From contig CALDHI010000046.1 in the NCBI GenBank assembly GCA_937941545.1, positions 1 through 48,226 of the forward strand: a stretch of 48,226 nucleotides of DNA, written 5' to 3'. The notes beneath the pieces were generated by a model. That model saw only the letters and a list, made by a program, of their open reading frames with translations, did no database searches and was not told the DNA's origin. This document shows, piece by piece, positions 15,111 through 24,938 of the stretch (position 1 is the stretch's first letter; each line of letters begins with the position of its first letter). Origin of the DNA: an uncultured Alphaproteobacteria bacterium. Lineage in GTDB: Bacteria; Pseudomonadota; Alphaproteobacteria; Micavibrionales; Micavibrionaceae. A program made the translations under genes and the position numbers.

Positions 15111-16763
15111 ATGCCCCTCCTCGATTCCCTGCAAACTAATGTCATACGTAAAGTCCGCACCCATGCGGGCCGTTTGACGTATAATTCGCCGCTCTATAAT
15201 TGGAGCCTTGGCGGTACGATTCCTGATCGTTTGATATTTAGCCCGTGTGATTTATGGCCGGGCGATACGGACAGTGCGCGTTGGTTGATTCACTCTGGCG
15301 CGTTCACCATTGGCGGTGATCGGTTAGAGCTTCATAACGCAGATTGGAAGCCATCGGGCGTTGAGCAACATTGGATAGACCATATTCATGGGTTTGATTG
15401 GATACGTGATTTACGCGCCCTTGGCGGCGATGTTGGGCGCAAGTCTGCGCGCATGATGATATTGAACTGGATTGAAAACCATCAGGGATGGGATGAGGAA
15501 ATCTGGCGCAGTGATATCGTGGGTAAGCGCCTCGGCAATTGGTTGGCGGGATATGATTTTTTTGGTGAAAGCGCGGATGAAGAATTTCAAGAATTGTTCC
15601 TCGATAGTGTCGTGCGACAGCTTCGCCACTTAGGGCGTGCGCTCCCTGGAATGCTGACAGGCTTACCGCTTCTTTATGCGATTAAAGGATTGGCCTATGG
15701 CGGTCTAACATTAGAGGGGCGTGAGAATTATCTGGAGCAAGCGCTCAATTTACTGGATGAGCAAATCGACAAACAGATTCTAAGTGATGGTGGACATATA
15801 ACGCGTAACCCTCAAAACTTAATGGAAACGATACGTATCTTAATTGACTTGCGTTCTGCTATTCGCCAAGGCGGTTATCCGGCTATTGCGAAGATACAAT
15901 ATGGTTTGGATCGCGCTGTGCCTGCGTTGCGTTTTTTCCGTCATGGGGATGGCGGGTTTGCGCTGTTTAATAACGCCCAAGAAAGCACCGCCGAGAAAAT
16001 CAAAAACACGATTATGCAGGCGTCTTCAAAAGCCCGTACATTGAACTCACTTCCCCATACGGGGTATGAGCGTATCAGTATGGGCCGGTCTTTGTTGATT
16101 GCGGATGCAGGAAAACCCCCGACTTGGCCACATGATCATCAGGCGCATATCGCGCCGCTATCGTTTGAGTTTAGCCATGGGCGCGAACGGATTTTCGTCA
16201 ATTGCGGAACGCACCCCACCAGCCATCAATGGCAAGATGCCCTGCGCTCTACGCCTGCGCATAACACGCTAATTATTGATGATCGAAATATGTGTGACCT
16301 GAATAAAGACGGCACAATGGGGCATCGCCCAAAAACCGTTGTGGTGGATCGTGATGATAAGAAAGACGGCGTGCTGGTTGATGCGTGCCATGATGGTTAC
16401 GTGCCGATTAATGGCATTATGCATAGACGCCGCTTTTATTTAACGGGCAAGGGGCATGATTTCCGCGGGGAAGATAATTTGACTTGCGCCACGGGTTTGG
16501 CGGCTCCTCATAATGTCGCGCTCCGCTTCCACCTTCACCCTAAGGTAATGGTTAGCTTGATTAAAGGTGGCGAAGAAGCGTTGTTAAGATTGAATAACGG
16601 AACAGGGTGGCGCTTCACCGCGAACGGTGGAAAACTGGAATTGGAAAACTCTGTCTATCTCGGTCAAGGCATTCGCCCGCGTAAAACCAAACAGCTGGTC
16701 ATCAAAGGCGTCATGGACACCGACCACAGCCAATTCAAATGGGCATTGCAGTTGGAGAGTTAG
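15111..16763 (+). CDS. Heparinase II/III-like family protein (conserved alphaproteobacterial)
   Basis: Size, position after rpe and motifs (HGFDWIRDL, GGH..RNP, FRHGDGGFALFNN, HAHNTL) match proteins usually annotated as heparinase II/III-like in Alphaproteobacteria. Confidence 0.7.
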   Translation: MPLLDSLQTNVIRKVRTHAGRLTYNSPLYNWSLGGTIPDRLIFSPCDLWPGDTDSARWLIHSGAFTIGGDRLELHNADWKPSGVEQHWIDHIHGFDWIRDLRALGGDVGRKSARMMILNWIENHQGWDEEIWRSDIVGKRLGNWLAGYDFFGESADEEFQELFLDSVVRQLRHLGRALPGMLTGLPLLYAIKGLAYGGLTLEGRENYLEQALNLLDEQIDKQILSDGGHITRNPQNLMETIRILIDLRSAIRQGGYPAIAKIQYGLDRAVPALRFFRHGDGGFALFNNAQESTAEKIKNTIMQASSKARTLNSLPHTGYERISMGRSLLIADAGKPPTWPHDHQAHIAPLSFEFSHGRERIFVNCGTHPTSHQWQDALRSTPAHNTLIIDDRNMCDLNKDGTMGHRPKTVVVDRDDKKDGVLVDACHDGYVPINGIMHRRRFYLTGKGHDFRGEDNLTCATGLAAPHNVALRFHLHPKVMVSLIKGGEEALLRLNNGTGWRFTANGGKLELENSVYLGQGIRPRKTKQLVIKGVMDTDHSQFKWALQLES

Positions 16764-17485
16764 GGACGTATTTGCAATAAATGAGTGGCAACTGAGCGGG
16801 CATTCGAAAAGGTAACGTTTACCTCGTTCATTTCTTTAATTAGTCGATTCCATTTGTCTGTACCTGGTTTGGCACAATCACTATCGTTTGAACAACAATC
16901 TGGCATTACCCAAACATTTAGCTCATCTTCTAGCGCGTCTATAGTTGTTTCCCGCATGCAGGATGTGAGGTTTCCTCCAGATAAAATAATGTTACTAAAG
17001 TCATTATATAAAAGTTCTGTTAATAGAGAACTTTTATATAAAGCAGAATTAGATTGTTTTGGTAATAGTCTTCTTATCCATTGTGCTTGAGCAGAAATTT
17101 TGTACAACCCGCCATTCGCTTTATCGGGGCCTTCATTTTCATTGTCCATATAAACAATGTAAGTTGGGACACCTAAAGAAGCTAAGATAGGAGCGGTGAT
17201 GGCTATATTATCAGCGGTTAAGTCGGTATCTTTATTACCGCTTTTTGAAAGTGGATTGAAGAAATCATCTTGCGGGTCAATAATAACGTGAACAAAGTCA
17301 TTGAATCTTTTGTTTAATATATTTTGTGCAGCAGACATTTGTATATGATCTGAGGCAAGATTAGGTTTCAAATTTTGAAATTGTTCCCGTAACCACGCGT
17401 TTGTCAAATCCCGAGTTGGAACTTGATTGATGGTCTTAAGGGGCCTCGTGTTAAGTTTGGTATCGCTCACAATTTGTTCAAACAT
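16760..17485 (-). CDS. Isochorismatase/cysteine-hydrolase-like orphan protein
   Basis: VIIDPQDDFFNP (catalytic Asp region), a mid-protein Lys and ILSGGNLTSCMRETTIDA (nucleophile Cys region) resemble the D-K-C triad layout. The gene is AT-rich. Confidence 0.45.
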   Translation of the reverse strand: MFEQIVSDTKLNTRPLKTINQVPTRDLTNAWLREQFQNLKPNLASDHIQMSAAQNILNKRFNDFVHVIIDPQDDFFNPLSKSGNKDTDLTADNIAITAPILASLGVPTYIVYMDNENEGPDKANGGLYKISAQAQWIRRLLPKQSNSALYKSSLLTELLYNDFSNIILSGGNLTSCMRETTIDALEDELNVWVMPDCCSNDSDCAKPGTDKWNRLIKEMNEVNVTFSNARSVATHLLQIRP

Positions 17486-17702
17486 AAGACATTATATAGG
17501 TGAAGCCATTGTTTATGTCAATCAAAAATTTAAAAGAACATAAAAAAACAATAGCTCTTGCCACATCAGTGTATTCACGTTATGTTCTTTCTTATAGATT
17601 AAGAGAACAAAAGGTGAAAAACATGGTTACTTTTATTATTAGCAGTTCATTAATGACTTACTTACTTTATCGTTTTGTATAACGGTTAAGGACAAAAATA
17701 AA

Positions 17703-19106
17703 ATGGCGAAATCTTCTAAACAATATGTGTGTCAATCTTGTGGAGGCGTGACCAAGAAATGGGCAGGCAAGTGCGAGGCGTGTAATGAGTGGAACACAAT
17801 TACGGAAGAAATCATTGAAAATTCTGTACCAAAAGGCTTAGGCAATTCACGCAAAGGCAACGCGATTAATTTTGTTCCCTTACAAGGTCAGGCCTCAGAA
17901 AAGAAACCCCGTCATGTAACGGGATTGGCCGAATTTGACCGTGTGACGGGCGGGGGCTTGGTTGTTGGCTCGGCTATTTTAATTGGTGGAGATCCGGGTA
18001 TTGGTAAATCTACATTATTATTACAGGCGGTTTGTAAATTAGCACTATCGGGCAAACGATGCCTTTATGTGTCTGGTGAGGAAGCCGTGGACCAAGTGCG
18101 GATGCGGGCGCAACGCTTAGGATTGGATAAAGCGCCTGTTGAATTAGCGTCGGCGACGTCGGTGCGTGATATTATTGCCAGTGTCGATGATGGGGGGACG
18201 CCCCCTGATTTGCTGGTCATTGATTCTATTCAAACCATGTATGTGGACACAGTCGAAAGCGCGCCTGGGACGGTGACGCAGGTCAGAACATCGGCGCAAG
18301 AGCTTATTCGTATGGCCAAGCGCCGTAATATCTGCATTCTTTTTGTTGGGCACGTCACGAAAGATGGGCAAATTGCGGGGCCGCGCGTGTTGGAGCATCT
18401 TGTCGATGCCGTCTTGTATTTTGAAGGCGATAGAGGGCATCAATTTAGGATTTTGCGTACCGTTAAAAACCGTTTTGGACCAACAGATGAAATTGGCGTT
18501 TTTGAAATGGCACAAGAAGGCTTGGTTGAGGTGGCTAATCCATCCGAACTATTTCTTGCGCAGCGCCAAGAACATGTTGCGGGTAGTGCTGTGTTGGCCG
18601 GTTTAGAAGGGACGCGCCCCGTGTTGGTCGAGGTGCAAGCCTTGGTTGCGCCTTCCGCACTGGGTAATCCGCGCCGTTCGGTGATTGGATGGGATGCGAA
18701 CCGACTTTCGATGGTGTTGGCTGTTCTCGAGGCGCGATGTGGGGTGACATTGTCCGATTGTGATATTTTCTTGAATATCGCAGGAGGCATTCGGATATCT
18801 GAACCTGCGGCGGATTTGGCAGTGGCGGCTGCGCTCATCAGCTCCCAAACGGGAAGTCCTGTTCAAGGGAACACTGTCTTCTTTGGTGAGGTAGGCTTAT
18901 CTGGGGAAATTCGAACCGTTAGTCAACCTGACGTGAGGATTAAAGAGGCGGCAAAGCTTGGGTTTGATCAGGCAATGATACCCGCACCGCCTAAACGTAA
19001 AAGTAAAGCGGGTAGTAAAAAACAACAATATCCGTTGTGTATAAAGCAGATTGACCACCTTGATGATTTGGTAAATCTTTTTGCGCAACAAAAACGCGCG
19101 GCTTAA
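17703..19106 (+). CDS. radA: DNA repair protein RadA
   Basis: Zinc finger CQSCGGVTKKWAGKCEACNEWNT, Walker A GDPGIGKST, the KNRFG motif and a Lon-like C-terminal domain. Confidence 0.95.
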   Translation: MAKSSKQYVCQSCGGVTKKWAGKCEACNEWNTITEEIIENSVPKGLGNSRKGNAINFVPLQGQASEKKPRHVTGLAEFDRVTGGGLVVGSAILIGGDPGIGKSTLLLQAVCKLALSGKRCLYVSGEEAVDQVRMRAQRLGLDKAPVELASATSVRDIIASVDDGGTPPDLLVIDSIQTMYVDTVESAPGTVTQVRTSAQELIRMAKRRNICILFVGHVTKDGQIAGPRVLEHLVDAVLYFEGDRGHQFRILRTVKNRFGPTDEIGVFEMAQEGLVEVANPSELFLAQRQEHVAGSAVLAGLEGTRPVLVEVQALVAPSALGNPRRSVIGWDANRLSMVLAVLEARCGVTLSDCDIFLNIAGGIRISEPAADLAVAAALISSQTGSPVQGNTVFFGEVGLSGEIRTVSQPDVRIKEAAKLGFDQAMIPAPPKRKSKAGSKKQQYPLCIKQIDHLDDLVNLFAQQKRAA

Positions 19107-19154
19107 ATCATCATAATACTTGTAAATTTTCATCAACTTCCGTACATATAGCGC

Positions 19155-19865
19155 ATGATTATTGATTTAGTAGTTGGTTTCGTCATTCTGGTGTCGGCGG
19201 GAATATCCTTTTTTCGCGGGCTTATTCGCGAAGTTTTGACGATTGCGGGTGTTGCCGCAGGGTTGTTCATGGCGGTGATGTTTGGCGGCTCATTGTCACC
19301 AGTCTTCCAAAGCTGGTTGGGCGTTGACCCTGAAGCGGAAACCCCAGAAAAATTATTTGATGTTATTCCAATGCCTTTGGTCGCAGATATTTGTGCCTAT
19401 GCCTCTATTTTTGTCCTTATCGTTATTGTTGTTGCCTTGATTAGTCATTTTACATCTGGCGCGGTAAAGGCGATGGGGTTGGGGCCTGTTGATCGAACGT
19501 TGGGTGTGATATTTGGTATTATTCGCGCTGTTTTACTTTTAAGTTTATTGTATCTACCTTTCCATAAGCTGATGTCTGACGAGGGCAAAGAAGAATATTT
19601 TGGGGACAGTAAAACGTATGTCTATATCGCTAAGACGGCAGACTTCATCGCACAGTTCTTGCCAGAGTCCGCGGACGTAGAGAGTAAGGTTAAAGACGAG
19701 GCGGAAAAAGGCCTAAAAGAACAACTTTATAAAAATGATTTCTTGAAAAATGATAAAACTAAGTCGTCAGACAAGAAGCCTGTAAAAAAACAAGAAACTG
19801 GTTATGGTGCTCAGGAACGCGAGCACTTAGAAACATTATTTGAGCGCCCCTCTGCGATAGAATAA
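19155..19865 (+). CDS. cvpA: CvpA family membrane protein
   Basis: The N-terminal IDLVVGFVILVSAGISFFRGLIREV is typical of CvpA, with about four transmembrane segments. The radA-cvpA-purF order is conserved. Confidence 0.8.
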   Translation: MIIDLVVGFVILVSAGISFFRGLIREVLTIAGVAAGLFMAVMFGGSLSPVFQSWLGVDPEAETPEKLFDVIPMPLVADICAYASIFVLIVIVVALISHFTSGAVKAMGLGPVDRTLGVIFGIIRAVLLLSLLYLPFHKLMSDEGKEEYFGDSKTYVYIAKTADFIAQFLPESADVESKVKDEAEKGLKEQLYKNDFLKNDKTKSSDKKPVKKQETGYGAQEREHLETLFERPSAIE

Positions 19866-19901
19866 TAATAAAATAACTCTTATAAACGAAAAGAAAATCA
19901 T

Positions 19902-21422
19902 ATGTGCGGTGTTGTTGGAATTTTTGGAACGAGTGAAGTTAATCAAGATATTTATGATGCCTTAACTGTTTTGCAACATCGTGGCCAAGATGCCGCGGGT
20001 ATAGCGACGGAAGAAAATGGAAAATTTTTCCTGCGTAAAAGCAATGGCCTTGTGCGCGATGTCTTCCATACACGGCATATGCGCCAACTTAAGGGTAATA
20101 TTGGTATTGGTCATGTCCGTTACCCAACAGCAGGCGGTGCCTCTTGCGCGGAAAGCCAGCCTCTATATGTGAATTCGCCGTATGGTATTACGCTGGCGCA
20201 TAATGGGAATTTAACCAACCATGAGCAACTAGCCAAAGAACTGTTTGAATCAGACCATCGTCACCTTAACACCAATTCAGATTCCGAAGTTCTGTTGAAT
20301 ATTTTGGCGCATGAATTGCAATTACAAGATAAACTGGCTGTTTCAAAAGATGATATTTTTAATGCGGTTGAGGCGCTCCATAAACGATGCAAAGGCGCGT
20401 ACGCTGTGGTAGCGAATATTTCGGGCCATGGCATTGTGGCGTTTCGTGATCCTAATGGTATTCGTCCTTTGATCTATGGCGAGCGCATGGGCGCACAAGG
20501 TCAAAAAGAATATATGGTGGCATCTGAAAGTGTTGCGCTTGATACGTTGGGCTTTGAAGTTGTGCGCGATTTAGCGGCAGGAGAAATCATTTATATTGAC
20601 GAAACGGGTGAGTTTTCTTGTTATACCCCAGAATTAAAAGCCGTTTATTCCCCGTGTATTTTTGAACATGTTTATTTTGCGCGTCCAGATTCGATGATGG
20701 ATGGATCCTCTGTTTATAAGGCGCGGGTGCGTATGGGCGAATATTTAGCAGATAAGCTCGTGCGCGAATGGGGAGCGGATCACGATATTGATGTAGTGAT
20801 TGCAATTCCTGAATCCAGCCGACCGAGTGCTATGGAGATGTCAGTACGTTTGGGCGTGAAATACCGCGAGGGGTTTGTAAAAAATCGTTATATTGGTCGT
20901 ACCTTTATTATGCCTGGCCAAGGGGAGCGTAAAAAATCTGTAAAGCAAAAGCTAAATCCGTTAGAGCTAGAGTTTAAAGGTAAGAATGTTTTATTAGTTG
21001 ATGATTCAATCGTGCGCGGCACCACGTCACGTGAAATTGTTGATATGGCGCGAAAAGCTGGTGCAAAGAAGGTTTATTTTGCGTCTGCTGCACCGCCGTT
21101 ACGTTATCCAAATGTGTATGGGATAGATATGGCGGTGAAGTCTGAGTTTGTAGCGCACGGGAAAAATACAGCAGATATCCAAAAAGAAATTGGTGCGGAT
21201 AAGTTGATATATCAAGATTTGGAAGATTTAATTCGCGCCGTTGTGCCAAGCGATGAAGATGTGTCAGCGCATCAATTTGATTGTTCTGTCTTTGATGGCA
21301 ATTATGTTACGGGTGACATTGACGAGGCTTATTTACAACGTCTTGAGATGTTACGTAATGACCGCGCAAAGAATAAAGATAATGAAGATCCAGATGTACA
21401 GATGATGATGGATCTAAATTAA
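19902..21422 (+). CDS. purF: Amidophosphoribosyltransferase
   Basis: MCGVVGIFG Ntn-amidotransferase start and PRTase motif [13 protein letters not shown]. Confidence 0.95.
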   Translation: MCGVVGIFGTSEVNQDIYDALTVLQHRGQDAAGIATEENGKFFLRKSNGLVRDVFHTRHMRQLKGNIGIGHVRYPTAGGASCAESQPLYVNSPYGITLAHNGNLTNHEQLAKELFESDHRHLNTNSDSEVLLNILAHELQLQDKLAVSKDDIFNAVEALHKRCKGAYAVVANISGHGIVAFRDPNGIRPLIYGERMGAQGQKEYMVASESVALDTLGFEVVRDLAAGEIIYIDETGEFSCYTPELKAVYSPCIFEHVYFARPDSMMDGSSVYKARVRMGEYLADKLVREWGADHDIDVVIAIPESSRPSAMEMSVRLGVKYREGFVKNRYIGRTFIMPGQGERKKSVKQKLNPLELEFKGKNVLLVDDSIVRGTTSREIVDMARKAGAKKVYFASAAPPLRYPNVYGIDMAVKSEFVAHGKNTADIQKEIGADKLIYQDLEDLIRAVVPSDEDVSAHQFDCSVFDGNYVTGDIDEAYLQRLEMLRNDRAKNKDNEDPDVQMMMDLN

Positions 21423-21439
21423 AAGGATTTGTTTTTATT

Positions 21440-22144
21440 ATGGTTGATCTATCAGGTAAAATTGCATTAATTACAGGCGCATCGCAAGGCATTGGCGCAG
21501 CAGTGGCAAAAGCGTACGCCAGTGCGGGCGCGCATGTTATTTTATTGGCGCGTAATAAACGTAAATTAGAACGTATTGATGATGCTATTAAAGCGTTAGG
21601 CGGACAGGCAACGCTCATCCCATTTGATTTAAGTGATAGTGATAATATCAAAAATTTAGGGCCTTTATTACAAGAGCGCTTTGGCAAATTGGATATCTTC
21701 GTTGGAAATGCGGCTATGCTGGGCACGCTTGGGCCCTTAACGGATATTAGCGCACGTGAATTTAATCAGGTGATGGCGGTGAACGTAACGGCGAATTTTT
21801 TGCTTCTCAAGACATTAAATATTTTACTGAAAGCATCAGAGGCGGGACGCGTTATTTTCCTGACGACGGGCGTAGATATCGTAAAAGGTCATGCATATTG
21901 GGGGACTTATGCGGTTTCAAAGGCAGCGGTAGAGTCGATGGCGCAAGTTTATGCAGGCGAAAATGAACAATCCAATATACGCGTCAATATAATTGACCCT
22001 GGGGCTGTGCGTACAGATATGCGTAGTAAAGCCAAGCCAGGGGAAGATCCAATGAGTTTGCCTGCGCCAGATGACATCATGGCTAGGTTTTTGGAATTGA
22101 CCTCAAATGATTGCCAATATCACGGGGAAATTCTTAAGGTATAA
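21440..22144 (+). CDS. SDR family oxidoreductase
   Basis: TGASQGIG cofactor motif and the YxxxK motif (YAVSKAA). It sits at the conserved position after purF. Confidence 0.85.
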   Translation: MVDLSGKIALITGASQGIGAAVAKAYASAGAHVILLARNKRKLERIDDAIKALGGQATLIPFDLSDSDNIKNLGPLLQERFGKLDIFVGNAAMLGTLGPLTDISAREFNQVMAVNVTANFLLLKTLNILLKASEAGRVIFLTTGVDIVKGHAYWGTYAVSKAAVESMAQVYAGENEQSNIRVNIIDPGAVRTDMRSKAKPGEDPMSLPAPDDIMARFLELTSNDCQYHGEILKV

Positions 22145-22174
22145 AAAAACGGGCATCGATATGAAGCCCGTTTT
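22144..22174. terminator. Bidirectional rho-independent terminator between the SDR gene and rplQ
   Basis: A6-CGGGC-(11 nt)-GCCCG-T4. Confidence 0.7.
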
Positions 22175-22196
22175 ATGAATGTTGTTTTTAAAAAAA

Positions 22197-22655
22197 TTAA
22201 GCTGCAGCAGCTTTTTTCTTTGGCTCTGTTTCAGCAACAGCGTCGTCTTCTGCGACATTATCAAACACTGGGCCTGAATCTTTACCTTTGGCACTTTCAT
22301 CGCGATCAACAAATTCTACGACAGCCATTGGTGCGTTATCACCATAGCGGAAACCCGCTTTCATTATGCGGATATAGCCGCCTTCACGTGTTTTGTAGCG
22401 CTCAGCGAGTGTATCAAAAAGTTTTGATACTTGTGTCTCATCACGCATACGACTCATGGCCAAACGACGGTCAGATAATCTGCCTTTTTTACCAAGCGTA
22501 ACAAGTTTCTCCGTAAAAGGACGAAGCTCTTTTGCTTTTGCCAAAGTTGTCGTAATTTGCTCGTGCTTCACAAGAGAAGCAGACATATTTGCGAACATTG
22601 CCTTACGGTGAGGCGTTGATTTGTTTAGTTTTCTTTGTTTCATGCCGTGGCGCAT
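22197..22655 (-). CDS. rplQ: 50S ribosomal protein L17
   Basis: [24 protein letters not shown]... Confidence 0.95.
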   Translation of the reverse strand: MRHGMKQRKLNKSTPHRKAMFANMSASLVKHEQITTTLAKAKELRPFTEKLVTLGKKGRLSDRRLAMSRMRDETQVSKLFDTLAERYKTREGGYIRIMKAGFRYGDNAPMAVVEFVDRDESAKGKDSGPVFDNVAEDDAVAETEPKKKAAAA

Positions 22656-22681
22656 AACAGTATTCCTTCTAGTTTAATAAA

Positions 22682-23704
22682 TTACGCACTGAAAGGATCG
22701 TCTAATTTCTTAGCGAGCTCTTCAATATTTTCTGGTGGCCATCCCTCAACTTGCATACCCAAGTGGATACCCATGTTGGTTAGGACTTCCTTGATTTCAT
22801 TTAGTGATTTACGACCAAAGTTTGGTGTACGAAGCATATCGCTTTCGCTCTTTTGAACCAAATCACCAATATAAATGATGTTGTCGTTTTTCAAGCAATT
22901 GGCTGAACGAACAGACAATTCAAGCTCTTCAACTTTACGAAGAAGGTTACGGTTGAAGGGAAGCTCATCTGCTTCATCTTTTTCCGCTGCTGCTTCTGGC
23001 TCGTCAAAGTTAACGAACACTTGAAGTTGATCTTGAAGAATACGTGCAGCGAAGGCGACGGAATCTTCAGGAGAAATAACACCATTTGTTTCAATTGATA
23101 AGGTGAGCTTATCGTAATCAGTGATTTGACCAACGCGTGTATCTTCAACTTCGTAAGATACTTTACGTACAGGAGAGAACACACTGTCCACTGGGATAAG
23201 ACCCACTGGGCATTCTTCAGGACGGTTTTGCGCCGCAGGGCGGTACCCTTTACCTGTGTTCACTGTCATTTCCATGCTTAGTTTTGCGCCTTTATCCAGC
23301 GTACAAATAACCAAGTCTGGGTTCATGATTTCGATATCAGCGCCGGCTTCAATCATGCCTGCTGTGACTTCACAAGGGCCTTGTGCGTTTAAGCGCATTT
23401 TCTTAGGTCCTTCGATGTGCATACGTACCGCAATCGCTTTTACGTTCAATACGATATCTGTTACGTCTTCACGTACACCTTCGATAGAAGAGAATTCGTG
23501 TAACACACCATCAATTTGGATGGCTGTAACAGCTGCCCCTTGTAGGGAGGATAAAAGAATACGACGTAGCGCATTTCCTAATGTTAAACCAAATCCACGC
23601 TCCAAAGGTTCAGCGACAATTTTGCCCACTGTTTGTGCGTTGTTTCCGTGACCCACTTCTACTTTTGAAGGTTTGATTAATTCTTGCCAGTTTTTGTATA
23701 TCAA
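22682..23704 (-). CDS. rpoA: DNA-directed RNA polymerase subunit alpha
   Basis: (M)[11 protein letters not shown]...[11 protein letters not shown]...SVRSANCLK. The TTG start is preceded by GAGAGGA. Confidence 0.95.
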   Translation of the reverse strand: MIYKNWQELIKPSKVEVGHGNNAQTVGKIVAEPLERGFGLTLGNALRRILLSSLQGAAVTAIQIDGVLHEFSSIEGVREDVTDIVLNVKAIAVRMHIEGPKKMRLNAQGPCEVTAGMIEAGADIEIMNPDLVICTLDKGAKLSMEMTVNTGKGYRPAAQNRPEECPVGLIPVDSVFSPVRKVSYEVEDTRVGQITDYDKLTLSIETNGVISPEDSVAFAARILQDQLQVFVNFDEPEAAAEKDEADELPFNRNLLRKVEELELSVRSANCLKNDNIIYIGDLVQKSESDMLRTPNFGRKSLNEIKEVLTNMGIHLGMQVEGWPPENIEELAKKLDDPFSA

Positions 23705-23762
23705 GACTTTGTCCTCTCAAGCTATTTTGAAAAATATATTTTCTTATTTTAGTAAATTGTAA

Positions 23763-24152
23763 TTAAACACGTCTGCGTTTAGGCGGACGACAACCATTAT
23801 GTGGTATTGGTGTGATGTCTTTGATGGATTTGATTGTAAATCCAATAGAACATAACGCACGCAGCGCTGATTCACGACCCGAACCTGGACCTTTTACTTT
23901 TACGTCTAATTCTTTCATGCCGTGCTCTTGCGCTGCTTTACCTGCATCTTCGGCCGCCATTTGTGCCGCGAAAGGTGTAGATTTACGTGAGCCTTTAAAG
24001 CCCATTTTACCGCAAGATGACCAAGAAACTGTGTTTCCTTGTGCATCTGTAATTGTGATGATTGTGTTGTTAAATGTAGAATTTACGTGGGCTTCGCCTG
24101 ATGTAATATTCTTTTTAACTTTCTTTTTAACTTTAACTGCTGTTTTAGCCAT
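23763..24152 (-). CDS. rpsK: 30S ribosomal protein S11
   Basis: [18 protein letters not shown]...[14 protein letters not shown]. Confidence 0.95.
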   Translation of the reverse strand: MAKTAVKVKKKVKKNITSGEAHVNSTFNNTIITITDAQGNTVSWSSCGKMGFKGSRKSTPFAAQMAAEDAGKAAQEHGMKELDVKVKGPGSGRESALRALCSIGFTIKSIKDITPIPHNGCRPPKRRRV

Positions 24153-24224
24153 TGTTTTTGTCCTTGTTTATTGGGTCGTTTAATCGGCAAAGCCGTGAAA
24201 CGCCAATTTAATCTAAATATCTAA

Positions 24225-24605
24225 TTACTTACCGACTTGTTTTTTACCAGCAACGGCCTTCGCAGGGCCTTTACGGGTACGCGCATTTGTCTTTGTACGT
24301 TGTCCACGTACAGGAAGATGTTTACGGTGACGCAAGCCACGGTAACATGCCATGTCCATAAGACGTTTGATGTTCATAGACACTTCACGGCGAAGGTCAC
24401 CCTCAACCATATATTTGTCTGTGTCGATTTCTGCGCGGATAAGGTTTAGCTCATCTTCGCTTAATTCGTTCATTCTACGTGTTGGGTCAATACCAGTGTC
24501 CGCACAGATGTTTTTTGAAAATCTACGGCCAATGCCGAAAATTGAAGTCAATGCAATCCATACAGGTTTGCGGTCTGGGACGTTTACGCCTACAATACGA
24601 GCCAT
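24225..24605 (-). CDS. rpsM: 30S ribosomal protein S13
   Basis: [26 protein letters not shown]...[23 protein letters not shown]. Confidence 0.95.
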   Translation of the reverse strand: MARIVGVNVPDRKPVWIALTSIFGIGRRFSKNICADTGIDPTRRMNELSEDELNLIRAEIDTDKYMVEGDLRREVSMNIKRLMDMACYRGLRHRKHLPVRGQRTKTNARTRKGPAKAVAGKKQVGK

Positions 24606-24735
24606 ATTTATTTCCTTTGTAAGTTTTAATCATTTCAAGCGAAACCGTAATGCCGGTTCCTAAACCACCAAAACCCTATAGAAACTGCCAAAAATTGAAT
24701 GGCGTAAATAAGCTACAGGCTTCTAGATTGAGCGC

Positions 24736-24763
24736 ATTATAGGAATTTGGAGGAAGATGTCAA
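24736..24763 (-). promoter_or_regulatory. Near-consensus sigma70 promoter for rpsM-rpsK-rpoA-rplQ
   Basis: The minus strand reads TTGACA, a 16-nt spacer, then TATAAT. This leaves a leader of about 125 nt before the rpsM ATG. Confidence 0.55.
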
Positions 24764-24798
24764 TAGGTTTGTTTTTAGAAATTCGCAACAAAAGACGG

Positions 24799-24832
24799 TT
24801 GACATAATTTTTATAGTGGTGTTTGTTATAAT
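24799..24832 (+). promoter_or_regulatory. TTGACATAATT element plus an extended -10 (TGTTATAAT) upstream of the 24939 ORF
   Basis: TTGACA lies at 24799-24804 and TGnTATAAT at 24824-32. The 22-nt spacing is too long for a normal -35/-10 pair, so the extended -10 would have to act alone. Confidence 0.35.
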
Positions 24833-24926
24833 AAATTAATAAATTAATAAATTAATAAATTAATAAATTAATAAATTAATAAATTAATAAATTAATAAAT
24901 TAATAAATTAATAAATTAATAAATTT
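24831..24926 (+). repeat. Octanucleotide microsatellite (ATAAATTA): 11 perfect units plus 1 imperfect unit
   Basis: Counted directly from 24831, period 8, composed only of A and T. It ends just upstream of the AAGGA ribosome-binding site (24926-24930), 13 nt before the ATG at 24939. Confidence 0.95.
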
Positions 24927-24938
24927 AAGGAACAAGAT

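Noticed and set aside
17500-17682. 60-aa ORF and a GAAC-N7-GAAA string (about 17611-17625) upstream of radA
   Set aside because: The ORF is AT-rich and low-complexity with no ribosome-binding site. The SOS-box-like string has a mismatch in the second half-site of the alphaproteobacterial GAAC-N7-GAAC consensus, and radA is not a typical LexA target. The evidence is too weak to call.
24831-24926. Could the regular AT repeats, or the PAL-1/HP-2 copies, be a CRISPR array?
   Set aside because: The 8-bp units are contiguous with no spacers. The PAL-1/HP-2 copies are kilobases apart at irregular spacing and in mixed orientation, and no cas genes are present. This is not a CRISPR array.
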